Shown: positions 20,179-30,486 of the stretch, one piece after another
Position numbering within the stretch: position 1 is the first letter of the stretch
Layout: each line of letters starts with the position of its first letter
Assembly: GCA_027491115.1 (NCBI GenBank)
Contig: JAIXWV010000020.1
Span: 229,975-293,974, forward strand
Reading direction: 5' to 3'
DNA: 64,000 nt
Origin: Pseudomonadota bacterium
Lineage (GTDB): Bacteria; Bdellovibrionota; UBA1018; CAIMNF01
Notes under the pieces: generated by a model
The model's database searches: none
What the model was told of the DNA's origin: nothing
Seen by the model: only the letters and a program-made list of their open reading frames with translations
Translations under genes and position numbers: made by a program

Positions 20179-21134
20179 AGGATCTGATCCAAGGCGACGG
20201 CGAAGGATCCGATCTTGAGTTTCGTTTCGATCCGAAGCACCAGTCGTCTTTCATCATCGGAAAGCCAGATCTTGTTCTCGCGGTTACGTAGCTCGCCTTT
20301 GTGATGGTTCTCTACCTGATAAACCACCGCTTCCCGCTCTTTGCCCCCGGCATAAATCTTCTCTTTACCGGCATAGCGCAAAACCGACTCCCAGGGTTTC
20401 CCGTCCAGAATCACCGGATAACGAAATTCGGGACCCGCCTCACGCGGCAGATCGACCGTGCGGAGGAAATAGATGGCAGAGAGCGGATCCTGTGACCAAG
20501 GTCGGATTGAATAGGACTCCTTCTGTTCTATGAATCCCTTCTCGGAATGCTGGATCCGGTTCCAGAAGAAACTCATGTTCTTGTCATAATCGTACAGTTC
20601 GATCAATTTTCGAGACTGCTTCGACTCATCCAAATCCATGGTGAAACGGTGAGAAAACATTCCGTCAGCATCAAAGTAACTGAAGACATTGTCATCTACG
20701 CGGTAAACCAGGTCGAACACTGGGACGGTCTTGATCTTTGAGCGAATAGGAATGACTTTGCGCTCGGAAATCGACTTCTCGGGCATGACTTCAAGCTCCA
20801 TGTGAGCCGCTGTCACGCCGACAAACCGGATGTCGTAACGGAGCTTTTCTCCGACCACGAATGGCATAGCCTGAGGACGACGGATCGGAATGACTTTCGC
20901 CTTCGGGGTGGCGTCGACTTTCTTTTTCTTGCTCTTCTTCGGAGCCGGAGTCGGACTCGGAACCGGAGTCGCCGACGGAAGATCCTTGATTTCGAACTTC
21001 TTCGCGATGTCCTCAGACATCTCTTTGCCCAGATCGCCCTCCTCGAACTTGCGGAGGGGACCGGAGGAACATCCGGACAGGATGGACAATGCCAGCACCA
21101 GCTTCAATGCATCACAAACACGGGGTCGGACCAT
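20175..21134 (-). CDS. DUF3108-like lipoprotein
   Basis: Lipobox LSGC; PF.VGEKLRY, QDPLSAIYFLR, IWLSDD.RR.VLRIE. Confidence 0.75.
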   Translation of the reverse strand: MVRPRVCDALKLVLALSILSGCSSGPLRKFEEGDLGKEMSEDIAKKFEIKDLPSATPVPSPTPAPKKSKKKKVDATPKAKVIPIRRPQAMPFVVGEKLRYDIRFVGVTAAHMELEVMPEKSISERKVIPIRSKIKTVPVFDLVYRVDDNVFSYFDADGMFSHRFTMDLDESKQSRKLIELYDYDKNMSFFWNRIQHSEKGFIEQKESYSIRPWSQDPLSAIYFLRTVDLPREAGPEFRYPVILDGKPWESVLRYAGKEKIYAGGKEREAVVYQVENHHKGELRNRENKIWLSDDERRLVLRIETKLKIGSFAVALDQIL

Positions 21135-21161
21135 GCCGATAATTTTAATGCTTACGACAAC

Positions 21162-23258
21162 TTATTGCAAACCATCCAAACGATCCTCCACCGCATGGAG
21201 AACAGATGGATCAAGCATCCTGCGTCGAAGCACCCAAAGCCCATCAAAGCCCTTCGTCGGAAGTTTGACACGATCCTTCGGAGTCACCGCAAGAAGGGCT
21301 CCCTGCGACTCAGCCTCGATCATGCGTTGCCTGACCCACTCTGGGTCGAGCTCCGCGTGATCGGGCAGCGAAAACAAGCGATCCACACGAGCCCCGGCCT
21401 GCTGATAGAATCGCCTCACTTCTTCGGGATCACCGACTCCACACAAGATCCAGAGCGGCTTGCCAGGAAGTGGCGCACTCACCCAATCGATCGGGACCGC
21501 CTTTCCGAAACGCGACGTCGCACGTCCCTTCGCCTGAAATAGAAAATCCGCATGACGGGCCTGCGAGTCGAAGTCTCGGTACAACACCCGATCCCGATCC
21601 AGATCCGTCACCAAGAGTACCGTGACCTTCGGCTCGAAACCGAGATTCTGGAACCCGTCGTCGAGAATGAGGACTTGAGCCCCAGCTCGCTTCAGCTCAT
21701 GCGCAGCCCTTACCCGATTGGAATCCACTCCGAGTAAGACCCCGGGCAATTCGTCGAGCATCTCTCGGGCTTCATCTCCGATAAGTGTGGCCGTATCCGA
21801 GGATGACGCCAGATGAAACCTTCCGGAAACACTTCCACCATATCCCCGAGTGATGATCCCCACCCGCTTGCCTCGATCCATCAAGCCTCGGGCGAGCTCA
21901 ATCACAACAGGGGTTTTTCCGGTGCCGCCCGCCTGAAGATTGCCCACGAGGACCGCCGGCAAGGGTAAGGATTCGATTTTTCCGACTCCGTGTCGAACAG
22001 CAAATCTTCGCATGCCGTTCACCACAGACCACAACCACGAGAGTGCCGCGATTCCGAGCTTACGGGGAGGCAGACGTAAGGGCACAGGTCTCTTTTCGAT
22101 CCATCCACTGATTCGCGCTGCGACCGCGGCAGGAACATCCCGGAAGGGGACGAGGCTTTCTTTCAGGGATGCCCCCTGATTTTGCAATTCGCGGAGACGG
22201 GACTGATCCTCGATCAAACGGAACAACCCAACAGCAAGGGCCTGCGGAGTGGCATCGACTCCGAGCCATTCCTGAAAGGGAGCGTCGATCTTCCGCTTCG
22301 CGCCGAGCAAGATGTTCGGAAGTCCGACCGGGCCTGAATAACGCACGATAAAATTAAAAATGAACTCAGACAGCGGACTCACCTTGTAGAAAATGACCGG
22401 CACACAACCCAGCACCGCTGCCTCGAGGGTCGAAGTCCCAGACTTGATCAACCCCAGGGAGTTCCGTGCCAGCACCTCGTGAGATCCATCCTTGAAAAAG
22501 GAATACTCCACCCGGTCCGTACTGGCCAGTTCCCGGCGGATCAAGGCCTCGCCCACTCCACTTGGAACGGGAACCTCGGCGTGGACCCGCTTTCCACTCA
22601 GTCCCGACAATTCTTGCAGGGCCTTTGGAATCACCTTCAGGTGTTGCTTGAGCTCTGCTTCCCGGCTTCCGGGCATCACCGCGATTCGGACATCTGAATC
22701 GGTGAGCCAAGGGGTCTTCAACGGATCCCCTTCGCGGAACAAATCGGCGACTAGCGGATTCCCCTCGTAAATGACGGGAATCCCCCGGGACTCGTAAAAA
22801 TCGCGTTCAAAGGGCAGGATCGTCCACACCCCGTCGTAAAGAGCCCGGATCCGCTCGACCCGGTGTTGGCGCCAGACCCAGACTTTCGGCGGGATCCCAC
22901 AAATCTTCAGCGTGCCTGAAAGCTCGGGCATTCCGGCAACCGCCTCCATGAGCGAAAGGTGGAATTCGGGATAATCAAACGTGAGGATCACATCGGGTGG
23001 GTTTCGCTTCAACTCCGACAACACCCGGTCTCGGATCCGACGTAGCTCACGCAATTTGAATAGGACTTCTGTGAATCCCATCGCCCGGAGGTTTTCTGCC
23101 TCCTCCCAAGCGGTGAAGCCCGGAATCGATCGGAGAGAAGGACCTCCGATGCCGAACACCTCGATGCCACCCTGAGGGTGGTGATCAAGCAGGGCCCGGA
23201 CGATTTTGGCCGCATGAAGATCGGACGAGATCTCGGCCGCGGAGACGAAAATCCTCAT
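21162..23258 (-). CDS. lpxB-lpxK: Fused lipid-A-disaccharide synthase LpxB / tetraacyldisaccharide 4'-kinase LpxK
   Basis: N-part SAAEISSDLH, DYPEFH, MPGSR..E, KSGTSTLE, GLPNIL; C-part VGNLQAGGTGKTP, TRGYG, GDEA, ILDDGFQ, VTPKD.VK. Confidence 0.9.
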   Translation of the reverse strand: MRIFVSAAEISSDLHAAKIVRALLDHHPQGGIEVFGIGGPSLRSIPGFTAWEEAENLRAMGFTEVLFKLRELRRIRDRVLSELKRNPPDVILTFDYPEFHLSLMEAVAGMPELSGTLKICGIPPKVWVWRQHRVERIRALYDGVWTILPFERDFYESRGIPVIYEGNPLVADLFREGDPLKTPWLTDSDVRIAVMPGSREAELKQHLKVIPKALQELSGLSGKRVHAEVPVPSGVGEALIRRELASTDRVEYSFFKDGSHEVLARNSLGLIKSGTSTLEAAVLGCVPVIFYKVSPLSEFIFNFIVRYSGPVGLPNILLGAKRKIDAPFQEWLGVDATPQALAVGLFRLIEDQSRLRELQNQGASLKESLVPFRDVPAAVAARISGWIEKRPVPLRLPPRKLGIAALSWLWSVVNGMRRFAVRHGVGKIESLPLPAVLVGNLQAGGTGKTPVVIELARGLMDRGKRVGIITRGYGGSVSGRFHLASSSDTATLIGDEAREMLDELPGVLLGVDSNRVRAAHELKRAGAQVLILDDGFQNLGFEPKVTVLLVTDLDRDRVLYRDFDSQARHADFLFQAKGRATSRFGKAVPIDWVSAPLPGKPLWILCGVGDPEEVRRFYQQAGARVDRLFSLPDHAELDPEWVRQRMIEAESQGALLAVTPKDRVKLPTKGFDGLWVLRRRMLDPSVLHAVEDRLDGLQ

Positions 23259-24046
23259 TTGATGCAGCCGTTGCCACTTCCACGGATGAATTGGAGGAGA
23301 CGCTTCACTTCTTCGATCTCACCGTACTGGCTCTCGATCTCGAGCAGACACTGTTCCTTCATCACATCCGGACGCTTCCAGAGCTTGAGCGAATCGTTGA
23401 TGGCTGAAATGACATCATTCTTGAACCCTTTACGACGGAGCCCGATGATGTTCGCCCCCTTCACTTCTGCAGGTCGTGACCCGACCACGACGGCAAAAGG
23501 TGGCACATCACGGTCCATGATCGAACACCCGCCGATGTAAGAGTAAGCACCCACTCGGATGAACTGGATCACGCCCGTCATGCCACCGATGTTGGCATAA
23601 TCTTCGACCACCACATGCCCGGCGAGATTGACCGAGTTGGCGATGATGCAATGATTTCCGACAATGGTGTCGTGACCGAAGTGGACATAAGCCATCAGGA
23701 GATTGTGGTTGCCGAGGGCGGTCTTGCCACCGCCCTGGACGGTACCGAGATTGAGCGTCACCGACTCGCGGATGGTATTGTCGTCACCGATGATCAGCTC
23801 GGTCGGCTCATTCTTGTACTTGAGATCCTGCGGGACGGCACCGATCGAACCGAACGGAAAGAACACATTGTTCTTGCCGATCCGGGTGTGCCCGTCGACA
23901 TAGACGTGATTCATGAAGCGGGTTCCGGAGTCCACTTTGACATGGGGACCGATCACGCAATAAGGACCGACTTCGACATCGGGAGCGAGCTCGGCTCCCG
24001 GGTGGATGATCGCGGTCGGATGGATGCGGGTCTTCGAATCAGCCAT
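23255..24046 (-). CDS. lpxA: UDP-GlcNAc acyltransferase
   Basis: IHPTAII, PQDLKY, IRESVT, LMAYVH.GHD, LAGHV. Confidence 0.96.
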   Translation of the reverse strand: MADSKTRIHPTAIIHPGAELAPDVEVGPYCVIGPHVKVDSGTRFMNHVYVDGHTRIGKNNVFFPFGSIGAVPQDLKYKNEPTELIIGDDNTIRESVTLNLGTVQGGGKTALGNHNLLMAYVHFGHDTIVGNHCIIANSVNLAGHVVVEDYANIGGMTGVIQFIRVGAYSYIGGCSIMDRDVPPFAVVVGSRPAEVKGANIIGLRRKGFKNDVISAINDSLKLWKRPDVMKEQCLLEIESQYGEIEEVKRLLQFIRGSGNGCIK

Positions 24047-24047
24047 G

Positions 24048-24572
24048 TTATTTCCCCTGGTTCATTCCGGCCATCACCAAATTGGCCATGATTCTCGCTT
24101 CGGCGACAAGCTTGCCGTCAACGGTGGCCTTGCACTCGAAAGTCCAGAGGGTCGAACGACAGGACACGACTTCGGTTTCGACACGAAGGCTGTCACCCGG
24201 AGTGACCGGGACCCTGAATCGGGCCTCGTCGACCCCGACCAGGAAACACTGGAAGCCGTGATTCGGATCCTGCGCAAGATGTCTCATGCTCGGGTACATC
24301 GAAAAGCTGGCGACCTGGGCCATGGTCTCGACCATCAACACGCCGGGCATGATGGGCAAGGTCGGAAAATGACCGGCAAAATGAGGCTCTGTAGCGGTCA
24401 CTTGCTTGATCCCGATCACGCGGATTCCGACCTTGTTCTTCGAGCCCTCTTGCTGCATCCCTTCAGGTCCTTGAATGTCTAGGATCCGGTCCACCATCAA
24501 AAAAGGATGACGATGGGGTAAAAAAGCGAGGATGTCCTTCTGGACCAATGGGAATTCCAAGTTCGAATTCAT
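24048..24572 (-). CDS. fabZ: 3-hydroxyacyl-ACP dehydratase
   Basis: LPHRHPFLMVDR, EPHFAGHFP..PIMPGVLMVE.MAQ. Confidence 0.95.
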   Translation of the reverse strand: MNSNLEFPLVQKDILAFLPHRHPFLMVDRILDIQGPEGMQQEGSKNKVGIRVIGIKQVTATEPHFAGHFPTLPIMPGVLMVETMAQVASFSMYPSMRHLAQDPNHGFQCFLVGVDEARFRVPVTPGDSLRVETEVVSCRSTLWTFECKATVDGKLVAEARIMANLVMAGMNQGK

Positions 24573-25654
24573 CTCTTCTTCCTTTCACGGAGAAGCTTCT
24601 GTTGGAGCGCAAGCAAGCGGTAATGTTCCTTCATCGGACGAGCCGGATAACCTGCCATCTCGGAATGGGCCTCGACATCCTTCGTGGGCGCGGAATACGA
24701 GGCGATCATGGAATAATCACCGACCTGAACCTTGGTGGCCAATCCGGCCTGTGGCCCGAGGATGGCAAAACGCCCCAGAGACGATCCTCCAGCCATTCCA
24801 GCACACCCACAGACAATCGCACCCTCTCCGATACGACAGTTGTGACCGACCTGGACCTGATTGTCGATCTTCGCACCCTTGCCGATCACGGTGTCCCCGA
24901 AAGTGCCACGATCAATGGTTGTTCCAGCCCCGATCTCGACTTCGTCCTCGATGAGGACTCCGCCCAAGTGGTAGATCTTCACCTGCCGCTCGGGGAGCTT
25001 GGTTTCAGAATTTTTCTGGGGTGCGTAGCCAAAGCCATCCGAGCCGACAGTCGAGTTGGCGTGGATCCGGCAGGATTTCCCGATCCGGGTTCCCTCGTAA
25101 ACCGCCACATGCGGAAACAAAACTGAATCGGCACCAATTCGGACTTTCCGTCCGACATAAACCTGAGGATACAACACCACGCCGTCACCGATCACGGCTC
25201 CAGCCTCAATCACCACTCCGGCACCGATCTGCACCAAGGACCCGAGCTTAGCAGAGGGATCGATCACGGCGGATGGGTGGATCTCGGATGCAGAAGCCCG
25301 CTCTTGGTGATCGTGTGCCGAAAAGAGCTTGGATACTTCAGCTGTTGCTCTTGCCATGGCGAGGTAGGGATCTCTTGCCGCGAGGATCACGGCGTTCTTC
25401 CAAACAGGCAGTCCGGATGCCTTCAGGGGTTCCACAAAGGCCTCACCGGTCAGGATCAAGCCAGCCTGAGTCACTTTGAGATCATCTTCGTAAAGTTTTG
25501 AAAAAAAGAAGGCTGCATCCTGAGGACCGGCGTCCTCGAGGGTGGCCAGACGGGCAAGGTCCATAGAGTGAAAAAGCGCGGCGGGTCCGGCCTCGTCACC
25601 ATTCACCCACCGCGCTTCACACCAGTTCGAAAATTGTGCCGGGGTAAACATCAC
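24569..25654 (-). CDS. lpxD: UDP-3-O-acylglucosamine N-acyltransferase
   Basis: Hexapeptide repeats, GSDGFGY, VEIGAGTTIDRG, KIDNQVQVGHN. Confidence 0.95.
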   Translation of the reverse strand: MMFTPAQFSNWCEARWVNGDEAGPAALFHSMDLARLATLEDAGPQDAAFFFSKLYEDDLKVTQAGLILTGEAFVEPLKASGLPVWKNAVILAARDPYLAMARATAEVSKLFSAHDHQERASASEIHPSAVIDPSAKLGSLVQIGAGVVIEAGAVIGDGVVLYPQVYVGRKVRIGADSVLFPHVAVYEGTRIGKSCRIHANSTVGSDGFGYAPQKNSETKLPERQVKIYHLGGVLIEDEVEIGAGTTIDRGTFGDTVIGKGAKIDNQVQVGHNCRIGEGAIVCGCAGMAGGSSLGRFAILGPQAGLATKVQVGDYSMIASYSAPTKDVEAHSEMAGYPARPMKEHYRLLALQQKLLRERKKR

Positions 25655-25671
25655 CGCCGTCCCTCGGGCGC

Positions 25672-26181
25672 TCAGTCGAGAGCTTTGAGGACATCTTCAG
25701 TGATGTCGGTCTTGCCGTCGCTGTAGATCACGATGTTATCATTCTTCTCGAGTACGAGCCCGAAGCTCCGCTTGCGAGCAATCTCTGCGACTTTCTCACG
25801 GATCTTGCGGATGATCGGCTCGCTCATTTCCTGTTCTTTTTTCTGGATGTCGGCCTGGGACTTCTGCACCAACTCCTGGTACTTCATCACTTTTTCCTGG
25901 AACTTGGCTTGCTGTTCTTTTTTGGCCGCGTCAGAGAGGGCGGCCGCCTTTTTCATGATCTCTTCCTGCTGCTTCTTGAGAGAAGCCTCTTGGTCCTGGA
26001 GTTCCTTTTTCTTCTTGTTAAATGTTCCTTCGAGCTCGGCACGAGCACGCTTGCCGGCACTGGAGGTCTGGATGCACTTCTGCATGTCGACGACTCCGAC
26101 CAACTGGCCATCCGCACTGGCGATACCGGCATTCAGGATGAGACTACACAGGATGAAGATGTAAGTTGCGAGTTTGTTCAT
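25672..26181 (-). CDS. skp: OmpH/Skp periplasmic chaperone
   Basis: Signal peptide, GVVDMQK, coiled coil, DITEDVLK; lies between bamA and lpxD. Confidence 0.9.
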   Translation of the reverse strand: MNKLATYIFILCSLILNAGIASADGQLVGVVDMQKCIQTSSAGKRARAELEGTFNKKKKELQDQEASLKKQQEEIMKKAAALSDAAKKEQQAKFQEKVMKYQELVQKSQADIQKKEQEMSEPIIRKIREKVAEIARKRSFGLVLEKNDNIVIYSDGKTDITEDVLKALD

Positions 26182-26195
26182 GACACCACCTTAAC

Positions 26196-28550
26196 CTAAA
26201 ACGGCTGTCCGATAAAGAAAATGAATGAGGGACTTGCCTCAACCTGACCGGTAGTCCGGATGAGACCCGGATTGACCGGGAAGCCCCATTCGAAGCGCAA
26301 GGGTCCGAGCGGAGAGAACCAACGGATTCCGAAGCCGTAGTTCTGCCTGAGCCGATAGGGGTTTTCCGGGTCTTCCGCATCGATTCCCGGGAATCCAGCG
26401 AAAGAGTTCCCCACATCGTAGAAGAGGACCCACTTGATCCCTGCCTCGCGAATGAGTGGGTGCTCAAGCTCAAAGAGGGAGTACACCTGTGAAACGCCGC
26501 CGAGCTTTTCGTAACTGGCGCCGAGTACCGGATCCATGTAGGTCCGTACCGGAGACAGCGAGAATACGTCGAAGCCCCTCATGTTCCAGGGGCCACCCAG
26601 GAAGAATTTCTCGGAAGGCGGGATACCCCGTCCTCCGGTGTTGAAGAGGGCTCCCACCTCGGTGCTGTTCTTGAAAACGAAGTTCCCGATGATGTTGTTG
26701 TAGTATCGGTTGTTGGCCGTGAACTTGGCGAAGTTCTTCACCCCACCGAGCCCGGCCAGCTCCAGCGCCACATTCTGGTAGTTCCCACCGGTGGTCTCGA
26801 AACGGTTATTGCGCTTGTCGCGAATCACACTGACCACCACGCTCGACAGGATCCCCTTGTCGAGCGAATCGTCCGCACGAAGAGGCGGAAGCCCGAGCGA
26901 AGGATTCGCGGCCAGGAGCGCGTTCCGGTCTTCCGCATAGTTCGCAAGCACCCGGAGGTGTTCGAACTTGTAGGTCACAAAGCCCTGTACATCGTCTGTA
27001 ATCGGATAACCCGCCCGAAGATTGAACCCGGAACGACGGATGAGGTAACGGTCGGGAATCGGGGAGTTCGCCATGAAGAGGTCGAAACCCGCACTCCACT
27101 TGGTATCGAAGGCGTACGGATCCAGGAACGAAAGCGAGAAGCTTCTGACCAGATCCTGCCGACCCCACTGGGTCTCGAAGCTCAGGTTCTGTCCGCGACC
27201 GAGGAGGTTGATCTCCTGGATCCGCCCCTGGAAAAAGAACCCTTGAACCGAGCTGTAGCCGGCTCCGAGCGTCACTGATCCGGTCGAACGCTCCTTGACG
27301 ACAATCTCGATGTCCACCACGTCATCTCGACCCTTGCGGGGAATTTGATTGAACTGGATCTCTCCGGGAGCGAAGAATCCGAGACGCTCTACACGCTCTT
27401 TCGAGACTCGGAGCATCGAGCCACTGTAGAGCTCGCCTTCGTAAATGCGAAGCTCGCGACGGATCACCCGGTCGTAGGTCTTGGTGTTGCCAACCACCCG
27501 GATCTCACCAAACCGAACCAGCGAGCCTTTTTCAAAGGAGTAATCCAGGCTCACCGTCTTGAGCTCATCGTTGAAATCCATCTTCGGGATCACGTTCACG
27601 AAGGCGTAACCCAGGTCCTGGTATTTCTCGGTGAGGCGCTGGATATCCGCGTTCCGGCCCGAAATCGAAAAAACCTGTCCGTCGCCCATCTGGATTTCCT
27701 TGCGAAGCTCATCTCTCGGGAAAAGCAGATCTCCACTGAAATCGAACGATCCGATCGAGTAACGATCGCCTTCTTCGACATAAATCGAAATGAACACGTA
27801 TCGTTTGTCTTCACTGATAGTCGTGACCGGGGACTCGTGACGAAACTTCAGGTACCCGTTTTCGAGGTACCAATACGTCAGTCGCTGGAGGTCCATCTTG
27901 AATGATGCCTCGCGGAAAGTACCGGAGTTCGAGAAAAACCCCATCGAGCTGCCTTCCTTGGTTTCGCCGAACACTCCCTTCAGTTTCTCGTCGGTGTAGT
28001 GCCGGTTATTCAGGAACACGATGCGTTTGATCTCAACCTTGTCGTAGTCCGAAACCTTGTAGACGAGCTTCACTTCCCCGGTCTTGTCAGGACGGAGCTC
28101 GTGAGAAACTTTCGCAAGGTAGTAACCCTTCTCTTCGTACTGTTTCTGGATGATCTCAATGTCCGCTTGGACCTTGTTCACATCGAGGATGGACCACTTC
28201 TTGACCTTGATCGCCTCCTGGAGATCGGAGGTCGAGATCTTCTCGTTCCCCTCGAACAGGATCTCATTGATCAGCGGACGCTCTTCGAAAGCGAAGGTGA
28301 GCACCACGCCGTTCGGAGCCGGGTCCTTTGAGATCACGATGTCATCGAAATACCCCATGCCATACAAGGACTCGATGTCGGTCCGGATGCGGTCGGCATC
28401 GTACTCGGTACCCGGGCGGGAGAGGATCTTTTCGAGGATCGCGGCCCGTTCAATCCGCTTCAAACCCGTGGTCTTGACTTCAGCGATGGGAGCGGCAAAG
28501 GCCCCATGAATCCAAAAGCTTGATGCGAGGAGAAAAGTCAAAAATCTCAC
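26196..28550 (-). CDS. bamA: Outer-membrane protein assembly factor
   Basis: POTRA repeats, GNTKT.DRVIRRE, MRGF, GIRWFSPLGPLRFEWG, C-terminal F. Confidence 0.96.
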   Translation of the reverse strand: MRFLTFLLASSFWIHGAFAAPIAEVKTTGLKRIERAAILEKILSRPGTEYDADRIRTDIESLYGMGYFDDIVISKDPAPNGVVLTFAFEERPLINEILFEGNEKISTSDLQEAIKVKKWSILDVNKVQADIEIIQKQYEEKGYYLAKVSHELRPDKTGEVKLVYKVSDYDKVEIKRIVFLNNRHYTDEKLKGVFGETKEGSSMGFFSNSGTFREASFKMDLQRLTYWYLENGYLKFRHESPVTTISEDKRYVFISIYVEEGDRYSIGSFDFSGDLLFPRDELRKEIQMGDGQVFSISGRNADIQRLTEKYQDLGYAFVNVIPKMDFNDELKTVSLDYSFEKGSLVRFGEIRVVGNTKTYDRVIRRELRIYEGELYSGSMLRVSKERVERLGFFAPGEIQFNQIPRKGRDDVVDIEIVVKERSTGSVTLGAGYSSVQGFFFQGRIQEINLLGRGQNLSFETQWGRQDLVRSFSLSFLDPYAFDTKWSAGFDLFMANSPIPDRYLIRRSGFNLRAGYPITDDVQGFVTYKFEHLRVLANYAEDRNALLAANPSLGLPPLRADDSLDKGILSSVVVSVIRDKRNNRFETTGGNYQNVALELAGLGGVKNFAKFTANNRYYNNIIGNFVFKNSTEVGALFNTGGRGIPPSEKFFLGGPWNMRGFDVFSLSPVRTYMDPVLGASYEKLGGVSQVYSLFELEHPLIREAGIKWVLFYDVGNSFAGFPGIDAEDPENPYRLRQNYGFGIRWFSPLGPLRFEWGFPVNPGLIRTTGQVEASPSFIFFIGQPF

Positions 28551-28565
28551 GTAGATCCGGTCTTA

Positions 28566-29252
28566 TCACGAGTTCGTGATTTTTCCATCTCTCATCGTCA
28601 GGACCCGCTTCATTCGACGGGCCACGTCATGGTCATGAGTGACGATGAGGATGGCGATTCCGAACTCACGATTCAGATCGAGCAGCAGGTCGATCACCTT
28701 GCGGCTGTTTTCGGAATCGAGATTGCCAGTGAGCTCGTCACCGAGAAGCAGCTTCGGACGAAGGATGACAGAACGCGCAATCGCCACACGCTGCTGCTCT
28801 CCCCCGGATAGTTCAGCCGGTTTGTGATCGAGACGCTCGCCCAAACCCACAAACCGGAGCAGCTCGGAGGCCTTTTTTGAGGCCTGATCTCGATCCATGC
28901 CCGAAATGAGCGCAGGCATCATCACGTTCTCGACCGCCGAGAACTCCGGCAAGAGATAATGAAACTGGAACACGAAACCGAGGTTGCGATTCCGGAAGTC
29001 AGAGAGCTCCTCATCGGACATTTTCCAGAGATTCACCGACTTTTCGCCGAAGAAGATCTCGCCCTGCGAGGGACGGTCGAGCGCACCCAGAATCTGGAGC
29101 AAGGTCGACTTCCCGGCGCCGGAGGCTCCCATGATCGCCAGACAGTCACGTTCGTGGATGTCGAGCGATACGCCCTTCACCACCTGGATGCGCTCACGCT
29201 CCTTCACGAACTCCTTGAAAACGCTTCTGGCTCTCAGAATCACATGGTCCAC
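28566..29252 (-). CDS. lolD: Lipoprotein-releasing ABC ATPase
   Basis: GASGAGKSTLL, GFVFQFHYLLPEF, LSGGEQQRVA; start reassigned to GTG 29252. Confidence 0.92.
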   Translation of the reverse strand: MDHVILRARSVFKEFVKERERIQVVKGVSLDIHERDCLAIMGASGAGKSTLLQILGALDRPSQGEIFFGEKSVNLWKMSDEELSDFRNRNLGFVFQFHYLLPEFSAVENVMMPALISGMDRDQASKKASELLRFVGLGERLDHKPAELSGGEQQRVAIARSVILRPKLLLGDELTGNLDSENSRKVIDLLLDLNREFGIAILIVTHDHDVARRMKRVLTMRDGKITNS

Positions 29253-30484
29253 TTGAGTCCCTCGACCGGATTGCGCCTGGCGATCCGGGCGGCAGGGCCG
29301 ACCGTGGCCAGAAAGCAGATCACAAACGCCATTAGACCAATCGCACACCACTCTGTCCAGCGCACAACCACAGGCAGGTACTCGAGGTGATAGACCTCAG
29401 CAGGCAGGCGAATGAAGCGGTAGTGCCGGAGCACCCAGACGGCCACGAGCCCCACCACGACCCCGAGCAAGGTCCCGATGAGCCCGAAGAACGAGCCGAT
29501 AAATGAAAAAAGATGGAACTGGTCGCGACGCCGCACCCCCAGAACCCGGAGGATGGCGATCTCTTTTTCTTTCTCGTGGACCATCATCAGCAACGCACTG
29601 ATCACATTGAAGGCCGCCACGACCATGATCGCGGTCAGCAGCACGCTGATCACGACTTTTTCAAGCGCGATGGCATAGAGGAGGTTCTTGTTGAGCTGAC
29701 TCCAATCGCGCACCCGGTAAGGGAAACCGAAGTGCTTCGAGAGTTCGGCCGCCACCTCGCGTGCCCGATCGGGGTTCTTGAGCTTGATGCGAAAAGAAGT
29801 GATGTGGTCGCGCGACTCGTTGAAAACCAATTGCTGGACGGACTTGAGCGGCGCGTAGGCATATTTGGAGTCGTAATCGTACATACCGAGATGCACGATG
29901 CCAGTGACCTTGAAGTCTTGGACGCGCGGAGACCCGAAGCCTTGATCCTCGTCGTCGCTGAGACCGGCAAACGGAATGATCACCCGGACGGTGTCACCGA
30001 CCGCGGTACCGAGCTTCTCTGCCAGAGCGGATCCGAGCAGGATTTCGCCCTCGTTCTCGGGAAGGGCCCCACCCGGAGCCAGGCGTTCACCCACGGAGAT
30101 CACCTGTAACCACGTTGCGGGATCGACCCCTTCGAGCGCACCCCCGGCCACCCCGTTCGGCCCCCCGAACATGACCTCACTGACAAACGAGCCGGTGATG
30201 TCCTTGATCCCGGGCGCGAATTGCCAGATCTTCCGTTCCAGGTCCTGCCGATCGCGGATCGGCGCCCCTCGGGTGTAAAAGAGCACATCGCCCTGGGTCC
30301 CGGAAATCACACGAGAAAGCTCGTTCTCAAATCCGTTCACCACACTCGTGACGACGAGCAAGGCCACCACCCCCACACAGACTCCTGCGATCGAGATGGC
30401 GGTGACAAAAGAAAGGAATCCGCCTCGGGTCTTCGAGCGGAGGAACCGGAGAGCGATCTCGATGGACAGGCCCAGCCGGCTCAC
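29240..30484 (-). CDS. lolE: Lipoprotein-releasing ABC permease LolC/E
   Basis: IALRFLRSK..FLSF, SVVNGFE, VAAFNVIS.L.M.V.EK.KEIAILR, PVEGLK; start reassigned to GTG 30484. Confidence 0.9.
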   Translation of the reverse strand: MSRLGLSIEIALRFLRSKTRGGFLSFVTAISIAGVCVGVVALLVVTSVVNGFENELSRVISGTQGDVLFYTRGAPIRDRQDLERKIWQFAPGIKDITGSFVSEVMFGGPNGVAGGALEGVDPATWLQVISVGERLAPGGALPENEGEILLGSALAEKLGTAVGDTVRVIIPFAGLSDDEDQGFGSPRVQDFKVTGIVHLGMYDYDSKYAYAPLKSVQQLVFNESRDHITSFRIKLKNPDRAREVAAELSKHFGFPYRVRDWSQLNKNLLYAIALEKVVISVLLTAIMVVAAFNVISALLMMVHEKEKEIAILRVLGVRRRDQFHLFSFIGSFFGLIGTLLGVVVGLVAVWVLRHYRFIRLPAEVYHLEYLPVVVRWTEWCAIGLMAFVICFLATVGPAARIARRNPVEGLKWTM

Positions 30485-30486
30485 AC

